From: Flavobacterium sp.
Lineage (GTDB): Bacteria > Bacteroidota > Bacteroidia > Flavobacteriales > Flavobacteriaceae
Assembly (NCBI GenBank): GCA_017983975.1
Contig: JAGOAL010000002.1
Span: 5,752-69,751 of the forward strand
Direction: 5' to 3'
Length of the DNA stretch: 64,000 nt
Under the pieces are notes generated by a model. That model worked only from the letters and a program-made list of their open reading frames with translations, did not search any database and was not told the origin of the DNA. Position 1 is the stretch's first letter. The number at the start of each line of letters is the position of its first letter. The position numbers and the translations under genes are program-made. Positions 56,449 through 64,000 of this stretch are shown piece after piece.

Positions 56449-57219
56449 ATGGCGATTAATAAAAACAAAATTACAAAAATTAGCATCATAATATTGATGT
56501 TATTATTGTTGTTTTTTAGTGTAAATTATTATAAAGTTACAGAAGAATTTGCAGCGTTTAAAAAAGATTCTGAATTAGAAATTCAAATTTTAGAAAGCCA
56601 ATTAGGCGAAATTTTACATAAATATGATTCTCTGAGTGTTGAATCAACCAAAAACACACAATTATTGGCGCTTTCTTCAGATTCAACACGCCAATTCAAT
56701 GCTGAATTAGTAAACGATTCAATTTTGTTTTACGCACAAAAAGCACAAGTATTAAACGATAAAATTGCTGAAAAAAATCAAGCGATTGCTAAAATTTCTA
56801 AAACAAATGCTGCAACTATTCCAGTGGCGCCAAATCGTTTATCAGCTGTAAATATAAATGCAAAAGGAGTAAAAATTTATTCTAATTTATACAAATCAAA
56901 CAATTCTCAAATTCAACAGTTGCGTGTTTGTTACACCTTACAAAAGAATGAAATTGTAAAATCGGGCGACAAAACATTGTATATCCAAGTTGTAAATCCT
57001 AAAAATCAAATCGTTTCAAAAGACAATTCATTTGTTGAAAATGAATTAGGTGTAAAACTTCAATATAGTGCCGTTTCAGAGGTAAATTACAATAAAAACG
57101 ACACCGATGTTTGTGCGTATGTAGATTTAGTACAAAACAAATCACCTAAAGGAAAATACATCATCAATATTTACAGTGAGTTTACCAAAATAGGCTCGTC
57201 TACATTTGATTATAAATAA
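56449..57219 (+). CDS. Membrane-anchored coiled-coil protein with C-terminal beta-sandwich
   Basis: N-terminal TM, coiled coil, LRVCYTL..N....GDK.LYIQV..P and KGKY..NIY motifs. Confidence 0.7.
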   Translation: MAINKNKITKISIIILMLLLLFFSVNYYKVTEEFAAFKKDSELEIQILESQLGEILHKYDSLSVESTKNTQLLALSSDSTRQFNAELVNDSILFYAQKAQVLNDKIAEKNQAIAKISKTNAATIPVAPNRLSAVNINAKGVKIYSNLYKSNNSQIQQLRVCYTLQKNEIVKSGDKTLYIQVVNPKNQIVSKDNSFVENELGVKLQYSAVSEVNYNKNDTDVCAYVDLVQNKSPKGKYIINIYSEFTKIGSSTFDYK

Positions 57220-57278
57220 TTTGTATTTAATTCCTTAAAAACTTTTCTTTATTCCAATCCTATTTTTACTTTTGCAGT

Positions 57279-58820
57279 ATGGCAAAACAAGAAGATATAT
57301 TTAAAAATGTAGTTTCGCACGCAAAAGAATACGGATTTATTTTTCCGTCAAGCGAAATTTACGATGGACTAAGTGCAGTGTATGATTATGCACAAAATGG
57401 TGTGGAGTTAAAAAAGAACATCCGAGAATATTGGTGGAAAGCAATGGTGCAAATGCACGAAAATATTGTAGGTTTAGACGCAGCAATATTAATGCACCCA
57501 ACCACTTGGAAGGCTTCTGGTCATGTGGATGCATTTAATGATCCATTAATTGATAATAAAGATTCGAAAAAAAGATACCGTGCCGATGTTTTAATTGAGG
57601 ATTATGCCGAAAAATTAAACCAAAAAGCACAAAAAGAAATCGACAAGGCACGCGAACGTTTTGGTGCTTCATTTGATGAAGAGCAATACAAAACTACCAA
57701 TCCACGCGTAATGGAATATTTGGCCAAAAAGAAGGAAATTCTAGAACGAATGGCTCGCTCTTTAGAAACCGAAAACCTTGCCGATGTAAAAGCTCTAATT
57801 GAAGAACTAGAAATTGCTTGTCCAGAAAGTGGTTCAAAAAATTGGACCGATGTGAAGCAATTCAACTTAATGTTTGGTACAAAATTAGGGGCTTCTGCAG
57901 AAAGTGCTATGGATTTATATCTTCGTCCAGAAACGGCTCAAGGTATTTTTGTAAACTTCTTAAACGTTCAAAAAACGGGTAGAATGAAAATTCCTTTTGG
58001 AATTGCACAAACCGGAAAAGCTTTTAGAAATGAAATCGTTGCTCGTCAATTTATTTTTAGAATGCGTGAATTTGAACAAATGGAAATGCAATTCTTTGTG
58101 AAGCCAGGAGAAGAAATGAAATGGTATGAATATTGGAAAACCACTCGTTTAAATTGGCATTTATCACTTGGTTTAGGAAGAGAAAATTACCGTTTTCATG
58201 ACCACGAAAAATTAGCTCATTATGCAAACGCTGCGGCTGATATTGAATTTAACTTCCCATTCGGATTCAAAGAATTAGAAGGAATTCACTCTAGAACCGA
58301 TTTCGATTTGAAAGCACACGAACAATTTTCAGGTAAAAAATTACAGTATTTTGATAACGAAACCAATTCAAATTATACACCTTATGTTGTAGAAACTTCG
58401 GTTGGTTTAGACCGAATGTTCTTAGCGGTTTTCTCAAATTCGCTTTGTGAAGAAACGTTAGAAGATGGTTCGACCAGGACAGTTTTACGTTTACCAAGTG
58501 TTTTAGCGCCAACAAAAGCTGCCGTTTTACCATTAGTTAAAAAAGACGGTTTACCAGAAGTTGCCAATAAAATTATCGAAGATTTAAAATGGGATTTCAA
58601 TGTAGCCTATGATGAAAAAGACGCGGTTGGAAGACGTTACAGAAGACAAGATGCTCTTGGAACACCATTTTGTATTACGGTTGATCATCAAACCTTAGAA
58701 GATGAAACGGTAACCATTCGCCACAGAGATTCTATGCAACAAGATAGAGTGAAAATTTCAGAATTACGTGATATTATCAATAATGAAGTTTCGATGAGAA
58801 ACTGGTTGATGAAAATGTAA
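57279..58820 (+). CDS. glyQS: Glycine--tRNA ligase (alpha2 type)
   Basis: W.ASGHV..F.D, LRPETAQGIF, FRNEI, REFEQME and VGRRY.RQD motifs; ATG 4 nt after TACTTTTG (57267-57274). Confidence 0.97.
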   Translation: MAKQEDIFKNVVSHAKEYGFIFPSSEIYDGLSAVYDYAQNGVELKKNIREYWWKAMVQMHENIVGLDAAILMHPTTWKASGHVDAFNDPLIDNKDSKKRYRADVLIEDYAEKLNQKAQKEIDKARERFGASFDEEQYKTTNPRVMEYLAKKKEILERMARSLETENLADVKALIEELEIACPESGSKNWTDVKQFNLMFGTKLGASAESAMDLYLRPETAQGIFVNFLNVQKTGRMKIPFGIAQTGKAFRNEIVARQFIFRMREFEQMEMQFFVKPGEEMKWYEYWKTTRLNWHLSLGLGRENYRFHDHEKLAHYANAAADIEFNFPFGFKELEGIHSRTDFDLKAHEQFSGKKLQYFDNETNSNYTPYVVETSVGLDRMFLAVFSNSLCEETLEDGSTRTVLRLPSVLAPTKAAVLPLVKKDGLPEVANKIIEDLKWDFNVAYDEKDAVGRRYRRQDALGTPFCITVDHQTLEDETVTIRHRDSMQQDRVKISELRDIINNEVSMRNWLMKM

Positions 58821-58856
58821 TTGAAAAATTCCAAAAAAGATAAATTCCAAATTCCA

Positions 58857-58896
58857 AAAAAATCCCCAAACTCATGTTTTGAATTTGGGATTTTTT
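58857..58896 (+). terminator. glyQS terminator
   Basis: AAAAAATCCCCAAACTCA...TGAATTTGGGATTTTTT. Confidence 0.7.
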
Positions 58897-58898
58897 AT

Positions 58899-58927
58899 TC
58901 CTGCAAGGTTTTCAAAACCTTGTAGGT
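58899..58927. repeat. REP-like palindrome, left copy
   Basis: TCCTGCAAGGTTTTCAAAACCTTGTAGGT. Confidence 0.8.
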
Positions 58928-58974
58928 ATTAAACCATTTTGGTGTTTGACGAGGTTGCTAACTTTGAAAACCGA

Positions 58975-59520
58975 TTATTTTCTTTCATCTGTTGACAAAA
59001 TTGCATATCCATAATTATCTGACCACCCAGATTTTAAAGGCAATAATTTTCGTGTATGTGCTTCTCTAAACATACCAACTTTTTCTAAAACACTGATTGA
59101 ACCAATATTTTCAATTGCACAACCAGCTTCAATTCTATGTAGTTTCAAGTTTTTAAATCCAAAATCTATTATTTTTCTTAAACTTTCAGTTGCATAACCT
59201 TTATTCCAAAATTTATAATCATATTGAAACCAAACTTCCGCATTTTTATAATGTTCTTTCCCTAAATTAATTCCAATTAAACCAATAAATTCATTTCCAT
59301 CAATTAATTCAACTAAAAACGTAAATCGTTTAGTGTTTTCTTTAGCATTTTCGACAATCCAATTTTTAACAGTAATCTTTGTTTCGTTTACATCTTTTGG
59401 AATTCCCGATGTGTTAAATTTTGCAGTTTCTTCTAACGATTGCAACTTATAAACGTCTTCAATATTTAGTTCAGAAATAGGTTTTATATTTAATCTTTCA
59501 GTATTTAAATGTATGTTCAT
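58975..59520 (-). CDS. GNAT-family (RimJ/RimL-like) N-acetyltransferase
   Basis: L.TERL, FWNKGYATE, LHRIEAG...EN.GS..VLEKVG motifs; ATG 59520. Confidence 0.9.
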   Translation of the reverse strand: MNIHLNTERLNIKPISELNIEDVYKLQSLEETAKFNTSGIPKDVNETKITVKNWIVENAKENTKRFTFLVELIDGNEFIGLIGINLGKEHYKNAEVWFQYDYKFWNKGYATESLRKIIDFGFKNLKLHRIEAGCAIENIGSISVLEKVGMFREAHTRKLLPLKSGWSDNYGYAILSTDERK

Positions 59521-59579
59521 CTTTTGTTTATTGTTATTACGCAATTTAGTTTAAAATGTCGCATAACTTTTAGCTTGAA

Positions 59580-59609
59580 ACCTACAAGGTCAAAAAAGAC
59601 CTTGCAGGA
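59580..59609. repeat. REP-like palindrome, right copy (inverted relative to the left copy)
   Basis: ACCTACAAGGTCAAAAAAGACCTTGCAGGA. Confidence 0.8.
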
Positions 59610-59622
59610 TTAAAATCATTTT

Positions 59623-60669
59623 CTAACCTTCCAGCGCATTCCAGCCACGTGCCTTCAATTCAATTTTAGTATTAGCACGGGTTACTAAATGCATTCCTTC
59701 GCTAGCTTGAGTCATGTGGCCAATAACTGTGAAGTTAGGATTGCCTTTGATTTTATCGTAATCTTCCATTTTAATGGTGAAAAGCAACTCATAATCTTCG
59801 CCGCCACTCAAGGCAACCGTTGTGATGTCTAAGTTGAATTCTTCACACACATTTATTAATTGCGGATCAACCGGAATTTTCTCTTCATATAAATTACAAC
59901 CTACACCACTTTGTTTGCATAAATGCATGATTTCCGAGGATAATCCATCTGAAACATCAATCATAGCGGTTGGTTTGAATGCTAATTTTTCAAATAGTTC
60001 TTTTAAATCTTTACGTGCTTCAGGTTTGAGTTGGCGTTCAATTAAGTAAGTATAAGGTTCTAAATCAGGTTGGTTATTTGGATTTACTTGAAATACTTGC
60101 TTTTCGCGTTCTAAGATTTGTAATCCCATATAGGCAGCACCAATATCGCCCGAAACTACTAATAAATCAGTTGCATTTGCTCCATTTCTATAGGTTATAT
60201 CTTCTAAATTTGCTTCGCCTATTGCAGTAATACTAATAATTAATCCTTTTTGCGAAGAAGTAGTATCGCCACCAATAACTTCTACATTGTATACTTTTGA
60301 AGCCATCGTAATTCCGTCAAATAATTCTTCTAAAGCTTCCAATGGAAATCGATTTGAAACCGCAATAGAAACCGTAATTTGAGTAGGAGTGGCATTCATC
60401 GCACAAATATCAGAAATGTTTGCTACCACTGCTTTGTATCCTAAATGGCGCAAGGGCATGTAGGCCAAATCAAAATGAACACCTTCAATTAATAAATCGG
60501 TAGAAATGACTGCTTTTTTAGTTCCAAAGTCGAGTACGGCACCATCATCGCCAATTCCTTTTATGGTTGACTCTTTTTGAATAGTAAACGATTTTGTCAA
60601 GTGATCAATTAATCCAAATTCTCCTAATTGAGATAAGCTGGTTCTAGATTGGTCTTTATTTTCTAACAT
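59623..60669 (-). CDS. thiL: Thiamine-phosphate kinase
   Basis: GEFGLI, GIGDD.A, STD.LIEGVHF, N.SDI.AM, GGDT, IDVSDGL and GGEDYEL motifs; TATCTTTG promoter at 60684-60691 (-). Confidence 0.96.
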   Translation of the reverse strand: MLENKDQSRTSLSQLGEFGLIDHLTKSFTIQKESTIKGIGDDGAVLDFGTKKAVISTDLLIEGVHFDLAYMPLRHLGYKAVVANISDICAMNATPTQITVSIAVSNRFPLEALEELFDGITMASKVYNVEVIGGDTTSSQKGLIISITAIGEANLEDITYRNGANATDLLVVSGDIGAAYMGLQILEREKQVFQVNPNNQPDLEPYTYLIERQLKPEARKDLKELFEKLAFKPTAMIDVSDGLSSEIMHLCKQSGVGCNLYEEKIPVDPQLINVCEEFNLDITTVALSGGEDYELLFTIKMEDYDKIKGNPNFTVIGHMTQASEGMHLVTRANTKIELKARGWNALEG

Positions 60670-60696
60670 GGATTATTTTTTTGCAAAGATAGGGTT

Positions 60697-60804
60697 AATG
60701 TGTTAATTTGACGATATGCCAATTAGTCAATGTGTCAATAAGTCGATATGCTAATGAGTCAATTATTTCAATTGGCACATTGCCACATTGGAGATTGGCT
60801 CATT
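60697..60804. repeat. Degenerate octamer array with an inverted second arm
   Basis: About 9x RATnnGnY (AATGTGTC, AATGAGTC, GATATGCC...) followed by about 4x inverted GGCACATT/GGCTCATT. Confidence 0.75.
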
Positions 60805-61282
60805 AATTATTGTCCAATTCATACAACTTGTCATAAATCAAACTCGTTTCATAGCCTTTTCGGAGTAAAAAATCTACAAATTTTTTGTTTTTCTTCGGGC
60901 CTTTTCTTTCGGTATTGCTTTCCCAATTTTTTTCGGCTAGCGCATGAAAATTTGACAAATAAGTTGTTTTTGGAATTTCTTTTAATGCAATTTCGATGAT
61001 TTTTGACGAGATATTTCGATATTTTAATTCATTAATGATGCGATTTTTGCCCCAAAATTTATAATTGTGTTTTCCGCGAACAAAACTTTGAGCAAAACGT
61101 TCTTCATTGATGAAATTATTTTCGATAAGATAAGTTAGAATTTCTTCTTTCTCAGCTGAAGTAGCAGCAAAAGAGTATAATTTTTCTTCGACTTCCTTAT
61201 AACATCGCTCTTGATAAGCGCAGTAGTATTCCAATTTGGATTGGATTTCATTTTTTGAAAAATTATTCTTTTCTGCTTTCAA
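60803..61282 (-). CDS. recX: Regulatory protein RecX
   Basis: YCAYQERC..EV..KL, FINEERFA, WGK.RI..EL and FLLRKGYE motifs. Confidence 0.9.
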   Translation of the reverse strand: MKAEKNNFSKNEIQSKLEYYCAYQERCYKEVEEKLYSFAATSAEKEEILTYLIENNFINEERFAQSFVRGKHNYKFWGKNRIINELKYRNISSKIIEIALKEIPKTTYLSNFHALAEKNWESNTERKGPKKNKKFVDFLLRKGYETSLIYDKLYELDNN

Positions 61283-61375
61283 CGGTTTTGTTTTTAACGT
61301 TCTCTATATTGAACAACAAATTTATCAATTTGATTTAACATTTTTTGTATTTTTGAACATTATCAAATAATTACA

Positions 61376-62764
61376 ATGGAAAATATAAAGCAATACGTTC
61401 AAGCTAATAAAGAACGTTTTATAAATGAATTAATAGAGTTACTGAAAATTCCTTCGGTGAGTGCCGATAGTGCTTATGCTCATGATGTGGTTTTAACAGC
61501 CGAAGCAGTAAAAGCAAGTTTAGAAAAAGCAGGTTGCGATTTTGTAGAACTTTGCGAAACGCCAGGCTATCCTATCGTTTACGGAGAAAAAATAATCGAT
61601 GCAAATTTGCCAACGGTTTTGGTTTATGGCCATTATGATGTGCAACCACCAGATCCAATGGAGTTATGGACTTCGCCACCTTTTGAGCCTGTAATTAAAA
61701 CTACAGCAATTCATCCAGAAGGAGCTATTTTTGCTCGTGGAGCTTGCGATGATAAAGGACAAATGTACATGCATGTAAAAGCTTTTGAATACATGATTCA
61801 AAATAATTGCTTGCCATGTAACGTAAAATTCATGATTGAAGGAGAAGAAGAAGTCGGCTCAAAAAGTTTGGGTTGGTTTGTAGAACGCAATCAAGAAAAA
61901 CTGGCAAACGATGTTATTTTAATTTCGGACACGGGAATGATTTCTAACCAACAACCTTCAATTACTACGGGTTTAAGAGGTTTAAGTTATGTAGAAGTAG
62001 AAGTTACAGGGCCAAATAGAGATTTACATTCAGGATTATATGGTGGAGCAGTGGCTAACCCAATTAATGTATTGACAAAAATGATTGCTTCTTTACACGA
62101 TGAGAATAATCATATCACCATTCCTGGATTTTATGATAAAGTAGAAGAACTTTCAACTGAAGAAAGAGCTGAAATGGCGAAAGCCCCTTTCTCATTGGAC
62201 AACTATAAAAAAGCACTAGATATTGACGAGGTGTATGGCGAAACAGGTTATGTAACTAATGAACGAAATTCTATTCGCCCTACATTAGACGTCAACGGAA
62301 TTTGGGGCGGTTATACAGGTGAAGGAGCAAAAACCGTTATTGCAAGTAAGGCATTTGCTAAAATTTCAATGCGATTGGTTCCTAATCAAGACTGGGAAGA
62401 AATTACGGAGTTATTCAAAAAACACTTCGAAAGTATTGCACCAAAATCGGTTAAAGTCAAAGTAACACCACATCACGGAGGGCAAGGGTATGTTACGCCA
62501 ATTGACAGTGTTGGGTATAGAGCTGCAAACAAAGCGTATACCGAAACGTTTGGAGTGCCTGCAATACCGGTTCGATCGGGAGGAAGTATACCGATTGTTG
62601 CTTTATTTGAAAAAGAATTAAAGAGCAAAACTATTTTAATGGGCTTTGGTTTAGATAGCGATGCTATTCATTCGCCAAACGAACATTTTGGGGTGTTTAA
62701 TTACTTAAAAGGTATTGAAACTATTCCTTTGTTTTACAAGTATTTTACAGAAATGAATCAATAA
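61376..62764 (+). CDS. M20-family dipeptidase
   Basis: YGHYDVQP, ARGA.DDKGQ, EGEEEVGS, DLHSG and HSPNE motifs. Confidence 0.92.
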   Translation: MENIKQYVQANKERFINELIELLKIPSVSADSAYAHDVVLTAEAVKASLEKAGCDFVELCETPGYPIVYGEKIIDANLPTVLVYGHYDVQPPDPMELWTSPPFEPVIKTTAIHPEGAIFARGACDDKGQMYMHVKAFEYMIQNNCLPCNVKFMIEGEEEVGSKSLGWFVERNQEKLANDVILISDTGMISNQQPSITTGLRGLSYVEVEVTGPNRDLHSGLYGGAVANPINVLTKMIASLHDENNHITIPGFYDKVEELSTEERAEMAKAPFSLDNYKKALDIDEVYGETGYVTNERNSIRPTLDVNGIWGGYTGEGAKTVIASKAFAKISMRLVPNQDWEEITELFKKHFESIAPKSVKVKVTPHHGGQGYVTPIDSVGYRAANKAYTETFGVPAIPVRSGGSIPIVALFEKELKSKTILMGFGLDSDAIHSPNEHFGVFNYLKGIETIPLFYKYFTEMNQ

Positions 62765-62769
62765 AATAG

Positions 62770-62795
62770 AATCCCGATTATTTCGGGATTTTTTT
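62770..62795 (+). terminator. Terminator between the dipeptidase and ribF
   Basis: AATCCCGA/TCGGGATT plus T run. Confidence 0.75.
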
Positions 62796-62798
62796 ATT

Positions 62799-63749
62799 CT
62801 AAGACTCAGGAGTTAGTTCTCTTAGGTAGGTTTTTGAAAATTCTCGGTCTTTATTTAACTGCATTTTAAGTGTGTCAATTGATTCGAATTTTTCTTCAGT
62901 TCTAATGAATTTTACAATAGAAACAGTTACTATTTTATCGTATAAATCTTCGTTTAGGTCAAAAAAATGAACTTCAATGGTTTTGTTATTTTCGCCCACT
63001 GTAGGATTATAACCTATGTTCATCATTCCATACACACGGTTGTTATTTATTGTGCTATAAACGACATACACTCCATTTTTTGGGATTAGTTTATATGTTT
63101 CGAGTAAAACAATATTTGCAGTAGGAAAACCAATTGTTCTTCCCAGTTGTTTTCCTTTTATTACTTTGCCAGAAAAAAAGTAATCATAGCCCAAATATTG
63201 GTTGGCGAGTTCAATTGCTCCGTCTAAAAGTGCAGTTCTAATTTTAGTTGAACTTACGGTAATTTCATTAATTTCTTCGGCGTTAATTTGCGCCACTTCA
63301 AAATTATATTGGTTGCCAAAATGAATTAAATCGTTAATATCGGCAGTTCGGTTTACACCAAAACGATGGTCGTAGCCAATGATAATTTTATGAATATTTA
63401 ATTGATCAACCAAAATATTTTTAACAAATGCTTCGGCACTTAATTTTGAAAAATTTTCATCAAATGGATGCACAATCAAATGATCGATACCAAATTTTTC
63501 AAGTAAAATGGTTTTTTCTTCAATAGTGTTTAGCAGATGCAAAGCCCCCTCTTGATTTAAAACCATTCTAGGGTGCGGGTAAAATGTTAACACTAAGCTT
63601 TCATAGGTCCCGTTTTCTTTTGCGGTTACCATTTTTTTAAGGATAGCTTGGTGTCCCAAATGTACTCCGTCAAAAGTACCGAGGGTAATTATTGTTTTTT
63701 TTGTAGCAGAAAATGTAAAAATGGAAATATATTTTTTCAAAATGGTCAA
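62799..63749 (-). CDS. ribF: Bifunctional riboflavin kinase/FAD synthetase
   Basis: GTFDGVHLGH, GYDHRFG, VSSTKIR, GRTIGFPTAN and GVY motifs; TTG start at 63749 or 63740. Confidence 0.96.
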   Translation of the reverse strand: MTILKKYISIFTFSATKKTIITLGTFDGVHLGHQAILKKMVTAKENGTYESLVLTFYPHPRMVLNQEGALHLLNTIEEKTILLEKFGIDHLIVHPFDENFSKLSAEAFVKNILVDQLNIHKIIIGYDHRFGVNRTADINDLIHFGNQYNFEVAQINAEEINEITVSSTKIRTALLDGAIELANQYLGYDYFFSGKVIKGKQLGRTIGFPTANIVLLETYKLIPKNGVYVVYSTINNNRVYGMMNIGYNPTVGENNKTIEVHFFDLNEDLYDKIVTVSIVKFIRTEEKFESIDTLKMQLNKDREFSKTYLRELTPES

Positions 63750-63872
63750 TCTTTACACAAAGATAATTTCTTAACACTAGAAATGAAACTAATTTAAAAA
63801 AAAATCAAGATTATAGCAGAGAAGACCATTTTTTTAATATTTTTGTGTATTAATCAAAAAAACTACCAAAAA

Positions 63873-64000
63873 ATGAAAAAAACTTTACTTCTATTTGTTT
63901 TTTCAATTGTATTAACCAATTTAGGTTTTTCACAAACAGAAAGAGCGTGGTCAAACTACAAAGGAAATGATGTTAAAGTTGCTATTTCTGCTCAAAGAGA
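63873..64000 (+). CDS. 5' end of an exported protein (partial)
   Basis: MKKTLLLFVFSIVLTNLGFSQ signal peptide; TATTTTTG promoter at 63838-63845; runs off the window. Confidence 0.7.
   Translation, partial: MKKTLLLFVFSIVLTNLGFSQTERAWSNYKGNDVKVAISAQR

Noticed and set aside
60697-60804. CRISPR array
   Set aside because: 8-nt degenerate period, no spacers and no cas genes.
37-60999. Many 60-99 aa ORFs overlapping larger genes (e.g. 2837, 3347, 5650, 21867, 29418, 39604, 47989, 55349, 57337, 60748)
   Set aside because: Antisense or out-of-frame shadows of well-supported genes, with no motifs.

Overview
AT-rich Bacteroidota (Flavobacterium-like) chromosomal window, judged from TAnnTTTG -7 promoters, a T9SS C-terminal domain and gene order. 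It is mostly housekeeping: probable uvrC end, patatin/beta-barrel, APC permease, hmgA-hppD, DUF3108-kynA-M23-pgi, TonB receptor, rlpA, dinB, pyk, rnc-fabF-acpP, purN, rnhA, pfkB, purF, sodA, addA/kbl/ompA/addB, pepP, sdhCAB, comF, glyQS, thiL, recX, M20 dipeptidase and ribF. Accessory parts are a ~6.4 kb integrase-less islet between rnhA and pfkB and a GNAT gene enclosed by an inverted pair of REP-like palindromes. The islet carries a RelE/ParE toxin-antitoxin pair, an HTH gene, three orphan ORFs and a T9SS-secreted M4 protease with a C2-like insertion and four CUB domains. The best non-obvious candidates are a leaderless 21-aa Tyr/Trp/Phe-containing uORF ahead of hmgA-hppD (possible TnaC-like sensor), a promoter-to-terminator sRNA whose core is antisense to a typical start-codon region, a sigma54-type promoter before the DUF3108-kynA operon, and an ecotin fused to a second domain. 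No rRNA, tRNA, CRISPR array, integrase or transposase was seen. All family calls come from motif recognition, not database searches.
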